The notes: generated from the letters alone by a model not told the origin. Positions 8,198 to 17,396 are shown, counted from the stretch's first letter. The stretch: 64,000 bases of DNA from a virus (IMGVR_UViG_3300012665_000528:1-64000), one strand, 5' to 3'. Translations and numbers: made by a program.

Positions 8198-8462
8198 TTA
8201 ACTGCACTATCAGTTCTAACACAAGAATAGTATGTTGTGACTTTAAAAGGGATATCAACGGTTTGTGTTACTTTAATGCACCATAACTCACTTCCAAAGG
8301 GTGAGCAGTTGTAATCACACAGAGCGTCTCCTCACTACCCATAGGATATGGGTGCTGCATAAAAAGCAGGTAGTAAAGAGCTTCGGGCTCAGGATGTCCT
8401 GATAGGTAAGATGTGATGTATATTGGTTTTGAGTATACCCAATAACAACTGAGTGCAGCTGG
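8198..8462 (+). ncRNA. Candidate multibranch ncRNA 2 (~265 nt)
   Basis: Nested helices CTGCACT/AGTGCAG, TAACACAA/TTGTGTTA, CAGTTGT/ACAACTG plus several internal hairpins; no ORF. Confidence 0.6.
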
Positions 8463-8472
8463 AAGTAAAAAT

Positions 8473-8562
8473 GGCCCTCTCGTCTAATGGTTTCCTTTGG
8501 GAATATAGGACAACAAGATTTTATCTTGGAGAAAGTGTGTTCGAATCACCTGGGGGCTACCA
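8473..8562 (+). tRNA. Atypical tRNA-like gene, anticodon most simply TTT (Lys), with enlarged D-loop and encoded CCA
   Basis: Acceptor GGCCCTC/GGGGGCT + A-CCA; D stem GTCT/GGAC; TTCGAAT T-loop; anticodon loop ATTTTAT at 8518-8524. Confidence 0.65.
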
Positions 8563-8696
8563 CATAGCGATTAGTGAAGTAGATAAAGATGACTGGCGGC
8601 TTATGTCGTCAGTTACTCTTTAGTTTATCTTCCTCTCTTCACTTCGTTCCGTTCGGATTTTTCTTTTCCTTTTTACTTACTAACTAATTAATCGCT

Positions 8697-9077
8697 ATGA
8701 GAACAAGAAAACTAAAAACAGTTGATGGTATTACCTATGAGAAGGTTGATACATCACGGTTCTTTAAAGTACGTGTACGTAACTTTAGAAGTGCCCTTCG
8801 TAAATTTGAATCTATTAACCACAGAGAGATTAAAGAGATGTTCTCTTTCTTAAGTGTTAACTCTATTCTTACAGACAAAAGAGAGGCTAGACTCTTATTA
8901 TCTGTTAGGGAGTCTTATGAGGAGTCTGTGACTTTTGTCGATACTGTAAAAGTGCCTACAAAATTCATAGAAACAGGAAGCTTTGGGTTTAACTACCCCA
9001 AATACACTCCTACTAACTTCATAGACCAGTTGAGAACAGTTACAGAAACTTTACCTACTGTGAAATGGATTGATTAA
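8697..9077 (+). CDS. Hypothetical early protein
   Basis: ORF track; motif upstream, hairpin downstream. Confidence 0.7.
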   Translation: MRTRKLKTVDGITYEKVDTSRFFKVRVRNFRSALRKFESINHREIKEMFSFLSVNSILTDKREARLLLSVRESYEESVTFVDTVKVPTKFIETGSFGFNYPKYTPTNFIDQLRTVTETLPTVKWID

Positions 9078-9132
9078 ACCTAATATCCTTCCTTTGACTA
9101 GGGAGGATATTTTTTACTTAAACTTAAAACCT

Positions 9133-9495
9133 ATGAACTACCTAAAGTTATCACTCATCTTCCTGTTGTCTAACTGTAACTCTCTAAAAGCCCCAAAAGC
9201 CCCAAGAGACTTCACCCAAGACACAACCTTCTTATCAGACTATCCACTGATACTCGACCCTTTGTCTTCCCCTTTAACTAGTGATGATACATCTATGATA
9301 GATGAGATTATATTTACTAGTGAGCTGTTTGATAGACAAATCATAGATAGTGCGTATGTCTACAAAGACACTAACTACACTTTCTACTTGGAGTACTATT
9401 CAAAGTCAACAACCATCACTTACTTTTTAAGTAAAGGTTACATACGTAAAAAACAACTAAATCGACATGAAAACAAAACTAGAAATCTTAGATGA
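9133..9495 (+). CDS. Predicted lipoprotein (track ORF 9070..9495, likely start 9133)
   Basis: MNYLKLSLIFLLSNC signal with Cys; starts after hairpin 9084-9111. Confidence 0.55.
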   Translation: MNYLKLSLIFLLSNCNSLKAPKAPRDFTQDTTFLSDYPLILDPLSSPLTSDDTSMIDEIIFTSELFDRQIIDSAYVYKDTNYTFYLEYYSKSTTITYFLSKGYIRKKQLNRHENKTRNLR

Positions 9496-9847
9496 AGTAG
9501 TAAATCACTATACATCAGACCCCAAACAACGAGCATTACTAAGCTCCTTCCAATGTGAGTACGTAATGGCTGATGGCAGAATGTGTGCCGTAGGTATGTG
9601 CCTCATTGACCCTAACACAATGCCTAGAGTAGCAATTACCGATGAATGCTTACTAACAAATAACCTAGGCTCTACTGAGTTCAGTCCAAAGACAATGGAA
9701 CGATTCAAAGAAGAATATCGTATTAATGATGTTAAGTTTTGGGGAATGCTTCAGAAGTTTCACGACTGCAAAAGATTCTGGACAGCTGACCAACTAACCG
9801 AAGAAGGATTAGCATATATCCAACAAATAGAAGAATATTGCAATTAA
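9467..9847 (+). CDS. Hypothetical protein (MCAVGMC motif)
   Basis: ORF track. Confidence 0.7.
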   Translation: MKTKLEILDEVVNHYTSDPKQRALLSSFQCEYVMADGRMCAVGMCLIDPNTMPRVAITDECLLTNNLGSTEFSPKTMERFKEEYRINDVKFWGMLQKFHDCKRFWTADQLTEEGLAYIQQIEEYCN

Positions 9848-9854
9848 GCTAACT

Positions 9855-10763
9855 ATGAAACATAACAACCAAGCCTTCAAACTAGAACAAGGCAAACCTA
9901 AACCCGTAATGCAACGTATTAGTCCTCGCTTGTCTATCAGTAGCCACATCTATGAAGTAATCCGTGAAGGTATTCTAGTAGGCTTTACCAATAGATTTAT
10001 AGCCGAGAACCTCAAAATAAGCTCCTATATAGTCGAACTATGTAGAACAAACCTAGTAGACCAAGGACTTATTAAGAAAAGCAGCTACGGCAGTAGAATC
10101 AATGCCTACAAACCTGTAACCCTCTACACTTACAACCACAAAGGAGAACAAGTAGAAATACCTAACTTCTTTAGTAAGTTCTGGAATATAGGTCCCAGTA
10201 GCCCAGTAGTAAATCCTACTTACTTTCAATTACCTGTAGTTACTGAGAAAGATCTTCTAACCAACAAAGGTAAACCTGTACCTAAATACCTCAGTAACGA
10301 TGCAGAGCCCATAGAAGCCATTACAGACACGATTGAGGTAAAAGAGGCAGAAACACCTGAGTTAATGACTATAGTGCCTGTAAACGGCCCTATTGACACT
10401 AAAACAGACTTCTTAGTAGTTGAGGAACAGACAACAATGAGAGTCCCTAGAAGACCTATCATTAAATCCTTAGACGAGTTAGAACTCTTTAACGTACCAG
10501 ATGTAGAGGAGAAAGAAAAGAAAGAAGTAGAAAAGATAGAAGAAACTGTCTACGATGTAATAGAAGTTACTCCTACTTCTCTTGTGTTGTCTGAGAAGAA
10601 AAATAAAATGCACCCAAAGAGTGCAATTTGTGCAACATCAGAAGTACCTAAGGATGAAACCACTCAAGAACCTGTTGTAGTTACACTTAAAGGAATAAAA
10701 TTTATCCTAAATGTAAAGACCACAGAAGTTATTATCACTGACTCCTCGATTGAGATTAAGTAA
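9855..10763 (+). CDS. Hypothetical protein, possible N-terminal winged HTH and acidic low-complexity C-half
   Basis: GFTNRFIAENLKISSYIVELCRTNLVDQGLIK resembles a wHTH. Confidence 0.55.
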   Translation: MKHNNQAFKLEQGKPKPVMQRISPRLSISSHIYEVIREGILVGFTNRFIAENLKISSYIVELCRTNLVDQGLIKKSSYGSRINAYKPVTLYTYNHKGEQVEIPNFFSKFWNIGPSSPVVNPTYFQLPVVTEKDLLTNKGKPVPKYLSNDAEPIEAITDTIEVKEAETPELMTIVPVNGPIDTKTDFLVVEEQTTMRVPRRPIIKSLDELELFNVPDVEEKEKKEVEKIEETVYDVIEVTPTSLVLSEKKNKMHPKSAICATSEVPKDETTQEPVVVTLKGIKFILNVKTTEVIITDSSIEIK

Positions 10764-10824
10764 AAGAAAGGGTGGGTAACTACCTACCCTTTTTCTTTCC
10801 CATTAACCACTAAACTTAAAAGCC

Positions 10825-11331
10825 ATGAAAAACACTTATTACAAAGTATCTAAAGACTTCAACGTTAGGATTATTCCTAACCTTGCTAAGTATTACAAAG
10901 TATCTGTATGGATAAACATAATCTTATTAATTATAGTTCTTATTCTATTGGCTAAACCTGACTCTATTTTAATCAAACATAAACACACCAGGGACACCAT
11001 TAGAGTTGGAGATGTACATCTATCAGATACAGGTATAGCTAGAGAGTTGGTAAAGCATGAATGTGTTTTACCAGCAGTAGCTATTGCCCAGGCTAGGATT
11101 GAGACAGGGAACTATACTTCTAGAGTATGTTTGGCTAATAAGAACCTATTTGGTATTAAGTTTCATAAGTGTAAATATGTCTTGGGAACTAATCTTAATC
11201 ATGCTAGTTATAAATCTTATCGAGATAACATCAAATGTTATATTCACATACAAAATCGTTATCTTCGTAATATAGATGGCAAGTATGCCGAAGCACAGAA
11301 TTATATATCGGTAGTAAAATCAGTTAAATAA
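10825..11331 (+). CDS. Membrane-anchored GH73/glucosaminidase (FlgJ-like) peptidoglycan hydrolase
   Basis: N-terminal TM; AIAQARIETG (catalytic Glu), NKNLFGIK, HASYKSYRDNI, YAE motifs. Confidence 0.8.
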   Translation: MKNTYYKVSKDFNVRIIPNLAKYYKVSVWINIILLIIVLILLAKPDSILIKHKHTRDTIRVGDVHLSDTGIARELVKHECVLPAVAIAQARIETGNYTSRVCLANKNLFGIKFHKCKYVLGTNLNHASYKSYRDNIKCYIHIQNRYLRNIDGKYAEAQNYISVVKSVK

Positions 11332-12494
11332 TGACCACTTATTTAGATCCAAACAATCAAGTAATAGACATGAGTACAACCCAAGGAATGAGGGACAAAA
11401 TCCAACAAGAAGCATTACGTGCAGTTCTACCCCACAGAAAGGCAGGACTGCACATAAGTATGGGTGTAGGTAAAACTTACATAGGTTTACAGTACATCAA
11501 CATACTAAAGGGTAAAGTTCTTGTAGTTGCTCCTAAAGTATCAATCTTTGAGTCTTGGAAGCAAGATGCACAAAAGTTCTCATTAGAACCTCTATTAGAC
11601 AACATCACCTTCACCACCTATTTGTCTCTTCATAAACACAATCCCAAGGATTACAACATTGTTGTCTTAGATGAAGCCCATAACACCAAGTATAGCCATG
11701 AACTCTTCCTAAGTGAGTTTAAAGGAAACATACTAGGTCTTTCAGGCACACCTCCAAGATATAAAAACGGAGAGAAAGGTGAAATGATGGAAACATACTA
11801 TCCTATAAGATACCAGTATACAGTCGATGAAGCCGTAGACAGCGATATACTCAACGATTATAAGATATATGTACACGTACTACCCTTAAACGAACAAAAG
11901 ACCTTACAGACAAAGCAAGGGTGGTATACGTCAGAAAGAAAACAATACGATTGGATAACTCAAGAAATAGCTAATGCACCTACTGAGAAGCAGGTTATGT
12001 TCAAGAGAATCATGCGTATTAATTACTTAAAACAGTTTGAAACCAAAGAAAGGTTTGTACAAATGATTATGAACTCTATTCCCACTGAAGAAAAATGTCT
12101 TGTATTTGCCAACACTACGGAGCAAGCAGACAATCTTTGTGAAGATTCTTATCATTCTAAACAAAACAAAACAACAAACTTAGAAAACTTAGCCTCCTTT
12201 GCAAGTGGTGAGATTAGATTTTTAAGTGCAGTAGAGCAATTAAGTGAAGGTATAAGTATACCTAACTTAAAGCACATTGTTATCTTACACGCTTACGGCA
12301 ACGAGAAACGTGCTAGCCAGAAGATAGGTAGAGCGTTACGTTTATCTGCAGATCAAACTGCTTACATCCATATTCTTTGTTACGATGAAACAGTAGACGA
12401 AGATTGGGTAGCAGCAGCATTAAAAGACTTCGATGAAGATAAAGTAACATATATCTATCGAGACACAAACTTTAAAAGAATTACAACTAACTAA
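11331..12494 (+). CDS. Superfamily 2 helicase
   Basis: MGVGKT (Walker A), VLDEAH, LSGT, QKIGRALR. Confidence 0.9.
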   Translation: MTTYLDPNNQVIDMSTTQGMRDKIQQEALRAVLPHRKAGLHISMGVGKTYIGLQYINILKGKVLVVAPKVSIFESWKQDAQKFSLEPLLDNITFTTYLSLHKHNPKDYNIVVLDEAHNTKYSHELFLSEFKGNILGLSGTPPRYKNGEKGEMMETYYPIRYQYTVDEAVDSDILNDYKIYVHVLPLNEQKTLQTKQGWYTSERKQYDWITQEIANAPTEKQVMFKRIMRINYLKQFETKERFVQMIMNSIPTEEKCLVFANTTEQADNLCEDSYHSKQNKTTNLENLASFASGEIRFLSAVEQLSEGISIPNLKHIVILHAYGNEKRASQKIGRALRLSADQTAYIHILCYDETVDEDWVAAALKDFDEDKVTYIYRDTNFKRITTN

Positions 12495-12515
12495 AACTAA
12501 CTAAAAACAACACTT

Positions 12516-12977
12516 ATGAAAAAACTATTAATCCTCACTCTCTTATTTGTCTCTAACTTAAGTTACGGACAGTGGATAGTTAAAACTGTCGACAACAAAC
12601 TAGACAATCCCTACAAGATTGCTTACTGCATGACCTCTGACAAGAAAGCATTACTTAAACTAGAAAAAGTAGGAGATGAACTTTACTTTTACTTAACAGG
12701 AAGTTATTTCTGTGATGAGTCTTTACAAACAGACATAGCCTTAATAGTAAACGGAGAGTCTAAGCGTTACACTTTCACTTGTACTAAATCTGCCGACAAC
12801 AACACTGTGTTTATCCTAGATGACATTACCTCAATACTTAACGATGACTTCCTCACTGACTTTAAGAGATGTTCTTCTGCCATAGTAAGAGTAAATGAAA
12901 CCTACTGCACAACAGACGTTTACAAGTTTACAATGTCTGGTTCTACCAACGCCATTAATGTAATGTCTAAGCAATGA
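12516..12977 (+). CDS. Secreted/periplasmic protein
   Basis: Signal peptide MKKLLILTLLFVSNLSYG|Q. Confidence 0.75.
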   Translation: MKKLLILTLLFVSNLSYGQWIVKTVDNKLDNPYKIAYCMTSDKKALLKLEKVGDELYFYLTGSYFCDESLQTDIALIVNGESKRYTFTCTKSADNNTVFILDDITSILNDDFLTDFKRCSSAIVRVNETYCTTDVYKFTMSGSTNAINVMSKQ

Positions 12978-13390
12978 CAAACAATAAACAACAGACGGCT
13001 GTGGATTTTGTACCATACGAACTTGCATTAGAGTTAAAGCAACTTGGATTTGATGAAAAGTGTTTTTGTAATTGGGAAGAGAGTTGGTCACCGGAACCAG
13101 AACACGAGATTAGAATGGTTCTGACAACTGACCAGACATGGTTAAGACCCGGATGGGTACGTGCACCAACATTCTCACAAGCATTTAGATTCTTTAGAGA
13201 GAAGCATAATCTTAGATGTCAAATCAATTATATTGGAGGACTAATTAATAAAACTACCTGGTGGGATATTTCTGTTGTTGGTCATTACAATACAGACCCT
13301 AAAGAATGGGAGATGAAGTATCAACCATACGAAGAAGCAGAACTTGCTTGTCTTAAAAAATTAATTGAAATAGCAAATGAGCAACAATAA
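12974..13390 (+). CDS. Hypothetical phage protein (LALELKQLGF...APTFSQAFRFFREKH)
   Basis: ORF track; N-terminus MTNNKQQTAV. Confidence 0.75.
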   Translation: MTNNKQQTAVDFVPYELALELKQLGFDEKCFCNWEESWSPEPEHEIRMVLTTDQTWLRPGWVRAPTFSQAFRFFREKHNLRCQINYIGGLINKTTWWDISVVGHYNTDPKEWEMKYQPYEEAELACLKKLIEIANEQQ

Positions 13391-13700
13391 ACAACAAACG
13401 GCAGTCAAACTATACACAGAAGAACAATTGCTAAACACTGCTGAGGCGATTAGAGATTATCTTAAAAATTACCCAGAAAAATTTCACGAATCAATGATTA
13501 AGAAACATCTAACAGCATTAACACCAATCACCACTAAAAGAACTCTTATTATCTACAATACCAAAGAAACAACGGAAGAAGAGGCAAGACATTTATTAGA
13601 GATTCTAAATTGTGATGATTCAACTTTATGGGACAACGCAGACCATTGCGGAGTTCAAGTAATTGAAGTTCCATTAACCTACGGAGGAGGTGAGCAATGA
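13377..13700 (+). CDS. Hypothetical protein
   Basis: N-terminus MSNNKQQTAV shared with the preceding gene. Confidence 0.7.
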   Translation: MSNNKQQTAVKLYTEEQLLNTAEAIRDYLKNYPEKFHESMIKKHLTALTPITTKRTLIIYNTKETTEEEARHLLEILNCDDSTLWDNADHCGVQVIEVPLTYGGGEQ

Positions 13701-13939
13701 GCAATAGTGTTGAATGGTTAATTGAAAAGTGTGCTTGTGCAGATTTAAGACCTGAACTTTGGGAGATCATTAAACAACAAGCCAGGGAAATGCACAAGAA
13801 GGAAATGAGTTATGACGATGGTTATAAAGCAGGTTACGATAGGGCATTGGATTATATGATACGGATGATAAAAGACCAATTAAAAGTCAAAAGCATCAAG
13901 CCTAGTAATAACTCTGACACAGTACTTGGAGATGATTAA
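13697..13939 (+). CDS. Hypothetical protein
   Basis: ATGA-coupled ORF starting MSNSVEWL. Confidence 0.65.
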   Translation: MSNSVEWLIEKCACADLRPELWEIIKQQAREMHKKEMSYDDGYKAGYDRALDYMIRMIKDQLKVKSIKPSNNSDTVLGDD

Positions 13940-13975
13940 CATTTATTAACAACAAACTGGTTTGATTATCACAAA

Positions 13976-14194
13976 ATGGAAGATATAAACAACAAAAAAG
14001 ATAATCAACAACCTTGTCTAGTTGAGTACATATCTCCTGACAACCCTTCTGTTGTCTTTAAAGCTACTATCTATAAAGTCAATAGGCACTTTACATTTAT
14101 AGAGTTTAGAGATGGTACAATCAAGCCTGTTCCTGCAGAGCATTTAACTTTAATTACACCACAACATGAAAGTGAAACTATTACATCTTATTAA
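13976..14194 (+). CDS. Small beta-rich hypothetical protein
   Basis: ORF track. Confidence 0.55.
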   Translation: MEDINNKKDNQQPCLVEYISPDNPSVVFKATIYKVNRHFTFIEFRDGTIKPVPAEHLTLITPQHESETITSY

Positions 14195-14331
14195 GTTTCT
14201 CATACACATTGAGAAACAATTACACCAAGTAGCATTGTACAACAATAAAGGAGGCTCATTTTAGTTAACCTATTGTTTATTTTGCTTTTAACATATTATG
14301 TTATTAATTTGCAATATTAAAAAACAAACCT

Positions 14332-14796
14332 ATGGAAACAATCTATCTAGTAATCGTGTTCTTAGCAACTTTAGTTGCTATCGTAACAGCAGTTCATCAT
14401 TATGCTAAAAATGATCGTTTAAGTACCGACTTAGAAGTTCTTAACTCAAGTCTTAAATCAGCCAACAAGCTACTTTTAGACAAAAAAGAAGAACTCTTTA
14501 GAGTAAATGCTAAACTTGCGGCAGGTTTAGAAGTTGGAAGAACTCTTCGTAAAGAAAGAGATATTCTTATTGTAGAGTTAGAGTCCGCTAATGCTAAGTT
14601 AGAGGCTCTAGTGGCTTTAAACAAAGACGTAGCAGTTAAAGAGCCTGAGGTTGAAGTCGTTGTAGAAGAGACAAAGGAAGAAGTTCAAGTTGCACCTGTT
14701 TTAGAGGTTGTTACACCTGTAACGCCTGTAACACCTGTAACTACTGCTCCCATTACACTTTCAACTAGTAAAAAGTCAAACAGACGTAAACGGTAA
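14332..14796 (+). CDS. N-terminal TM + coiled-coil protein with basic tail
   Basis: Hydrophobic residues 4-21, heptads, VTP repeats, SKKSNRRKR end. Confidence 0.75.
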   Translation: METIYLVIVFLATLVAIVTAVHHYAKNDRLSTDLEVLNSSLKSANKLLLDKKEELFRVNAKLAAGLEVGRTLRKERDILIVELESANAKLEALVALNKDVAVKEPEVEVVVEETKEEVQVAPVLEVVTPVTPVTPVTTAPITLSTSKKSNRRKR

Positions 14797-14984
14797 TGTT
14801 TGATAGGCCCAAGAACAAGTTTCGGGCATCTGTTGAAGAAAAAGCAGACAATTATATGGGGCGTACATGTTCAGTGTGTAGTAGACCACTGAGTAAACAA
14901 CGTCCCATATGTTTTGCTTGCCCTATTTATCCATTGCATTATTATGAAGAACGAGAACGTAGAAACAAACAGAAACAACTTTAA
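14796..14984 (+). CDS. Small Zn-finger protein
   Basis: CSVC...CFAC. Confidence 0.55.
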   Translation: MFDRPKNKFRASVEEKADNYMGRTCSVCSRPLSKQRPICFACPIYPLHYYEERERRNKQKQL

Positions 14985-15150
14985 GCGTGTAGATGTAATT
15001 ACAGAGTATAAACTTAAAACTCTGCGTGAGAAAATTAATGAGCATTTTATTGACTACTGTAATATCAACTGCATAAATTTGCACCAATGGTATAGGTGGA
15101 ACCTGCATCTTATATGGGAACATAGAAAGATACAAAAGAAACTGTTTTAA
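14914..15150 (+). CDS. Hypothetical protein (likely start 14944)
   Basis: ORF track; overlaps the previous ORF. Confidence 0.45.
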   Translation: MLALFIHCIIMKNENVETNRNNFKRVDVITEYKLKTLREKINEHFIDYCNINCINLHQWYRWNLHLIWEHRKIQKKLF

Positions 15151-15160
15151 AACTTAAATT

Positions 15161-15415
15161 ATGTTAGACAAAGAAATGTATAAAGTAAACTTTCAAGCAG
15201 GACAAGGAAAGATACAAATTCTTAGTATCTTAGAGAAACAAGACGATACATGGGTGTTGTCAAAGAACAATGACATTGAAACCCTTATCGAGCAGCGTTT
15301 ATTTAGTAAAAGTCACCACAATATATCAAACAGTTCAATAGGGTATGGACAAATTGTACTTACTGACAAACTAACGTATATTACTGGTAAGTTTGAAATC
15401 CCAAGTAAACTATAA
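15161..15415 (+). CDS. Hypothetical protein
   Basis: ORF track. Confidence 0.65.
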   Translation: MLDKEMYKVNFQAGQGKIQILSILEKQDDTWVLSKNNDIETLIEQRLFSKSHHNISNSSIGYGQIVLTDKLTYITGKFEIPSKL

Positions 15416-15417
15416 CT

Positions 15418-15723
15418 ATGGAAAATATAATGCCCGAATTAACTGCAGAACAACTTAATGCAGTTGTAGAAAAGAAAGCCCAAGAGATACTTGAGATGTT
15501 TGAAACAGCACTTAAGCCTCACTACGATTTGTCTCTAGAACACAACTCTGAGAAGACACTTCGTCAAATGATTAAAGCATGTAGCTTAACACACATCACT
15601 CCTTTTATAGATCCACTAGAAAAAATACCCCAAGATAAACTAAACGGTGCTGCTATGGATAGATTAAAGATGGTGGTAGAGTTTTGGAATGGAGTAAAGT
15701 CCGTACTAAACAGTTACGAGTAA
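15418..15723 (+). CDS. Hypothetical protein
   Basis: ORF track. Confidence 0.65.
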   Translation: MENIMPELTAEQLNAVVEKKAQEILEMFETALKPHYDLSLEHNSEKTLRQMIKACSLTHITPFIDPLEKIPQDKLNGAAMDRLKMVVEFWNGVKSVLNSYE

Positions 15724-15832
15724 CTCAACAAACTTACTTTTAATTAAATCTTGTGTCAAGAGGGTCCTAATAAGGCCCTCTTTTTCTTTTCCATTATATC
15801 TAACTAAAACTAAAAACAAAAAAGAACTTATT

Positions 15833-17392
15833 ATGCCAGATTTAGACATTCAACCAAACTTGTCAGAAACAGTTGAGCCAGTTATTACTTATGATTACCT
15901 GAACATATCTCAGGATCTAAGTATACGACTTGGTGCTATCAATGACAATCGAATTGCTGCCGCTATCCTAAAGCTTACTTGTAGTTTTGGAGCATCTATC
16001 CCTAAAATACCTACTAACTTAAACTATCTTGGTATAAGTATAGATGACCCTACTAAACTGTCTTATATGACGTATGATAGAGTTGCTAGAGCTTACGACA
16101 ACCATCAAGGACATAGGATTTGGGAAGACAAAGACTATCGTTACCACAGCGGAGCAGGTAAAGTAGTTAAGAAGTTACTTTCTTCAATTCCTCATCTTAC
16201 TTGCCTACAGGGTTTTGTAAGGGAAGAACTTGAGTACAAAGGGATGTCCCTTGAAGAAGTTTCTATTACCAATCTTGCAGAACTATTTACCGAAACAGAC
16301 TTTGACCAATTCAACAATCGATTCCGTATCGAAGGATTTAGGCAGGGAGATTCTGGTGAAGTAATCTTTGTAAAGGGTCATTGGATTGCAGAACTCTATC
16401 ACGAAAAGAACTATGCTTCTATTTCAGGTAACTTAGGTAGTTCTTGTATGCGTTATGATAGAACTAATGGGTATTTAGACATCTACACCAAGAACCTAAA
16501 CATCTGTAAGATGGCCGTACTACTGAACCAAGAAGGTAAAGTACAAGGTAGAGCTTTAGTGTGGACAGTTGGAAATACTGAATACTATGACAGGATTTAT
16601 GCTACTTCAGATCTTATACAAGATAGAATGAAAGCTTTCTTCTTAGTTAAAGGTATCAATACTTGTTATCCTGGCTATCCTAATTTTCTAGAAGTTGTAA
16701 TAGAGCAAGACACTACAAATCTTGACATCAACAAACGAGTACTTCTAAATCACCGTCAGTACCCTTATATGGACAGCTTAAAGTTCTTAAGTCTAGGTGG
16801 TAACATTCTTAGTAACGAAGTATCCAATATGGATAGCTCATGTGAGTACCTTCTCTTAAATGATACTGCAGGCGGTTACGAAGAAATAGGTAGCGATAGT
16901 TCAATAGAATGTCATGCTTGTGGTAGGGAGATGGACGAAGATGACAGTTGTTATGTAGATGTACGTGGAGACGACAATTACAATCAGACTCTTTGTTCTC
17001 GTTGTAGTGTGTATTCAGACCACCACAGTACTAACATAACTCGTGATAATGCTACTTATATAGAAAGCATTAATGACTGGGTACTAACTTCAGAAGTAAT
17101 TAGAGACTGGGACAACAACTACATCTTAGCTGAAAATGCAGTAGAGTTGGTGGATGGTTCTTATGCTTGTCACGATGATGAAGACTTATTCGAGTATGCT
17201 AGTGGAGGTTATTTCTTAATGAGTAATACCAACTTTGAGTCTATTGAGTGGAACGATTCGTACTACAAGCCCGAAGAATGTTTACAGGCTACCAACGGTA
17301 ATTATTATCCAATAGAATTTACTCAAGAACACGAAGGAGAAATATGGTATAAGCCAGACCTTGACGCTTACTTAAACTTACACTTAATTTAA
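15833..17392 (+). CDS. Phage protein with SCMRY / GRALVW / YYDRIY motifs and C-terminal Zn-ribbon
   Basis: Motifs read directly; CHAC...CSRC; loose resemblance to PcfJ-like domains is unverified. Confidence 0.6.
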   Translation: MPDLDIQPNLSETVEPVITYDYLNISQDLSIRLGAINDNRIAAAILKLTCSFGASIPKIPTNLNYLGISIDDPTKLSYMTYDRVARAYDNHQGHRIWEDKDYRYHSGAGKVVKKLLSSIPHLTCLQGFVREELEYKGMSLEEVSITNLAELFTETDFDQFNNRFRIEGFRQGDSGEVIFVKGHWIAELYHEKNYASISGNLGSSCMRYDRTNGYLDIYTKNLNICKMAVLLNQEGKVQGRALVWTVGNTEYYDRIYATSDLIQDRMKAFFLVKGINTCYPGYPNFLEVVIEQDTTNLDINKRVLLNHRQYPYMDSLKFLSLGGNILSNEVSNMDSSCEYLLLNDTAGGYEEIGSDSSIECHACGREMDEDDSCYVDVRGDDNYNQTLCSRCSVYSDHHSTNITRDNATYIESINDWVLTSEVIRDWDNNYILAENAVELVDGSYACHDDEDLFEYASGGYFLMSNTNFESIEWNDSYYKPEECLQATNGNYYPIEFTQEHEGEIWYKPDLDAYLNLHLI

Positions 17393-17396
17393 AGCC

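Noticed and set aside
8518-8524. Reading the tRNA as an ochre (TTA) suppressor
   Set aside because: Canonical loop numbering gives TTT; TTA needs a shifted register, and TAA is the dominant stop.
14716-14745. 9-bp tandem repeat (VTP)n, and the YG repeat at about 18345-18390
   Set aside because: Short in-frame low-complexity linkers with degenerate codons; no sign of phase variation.
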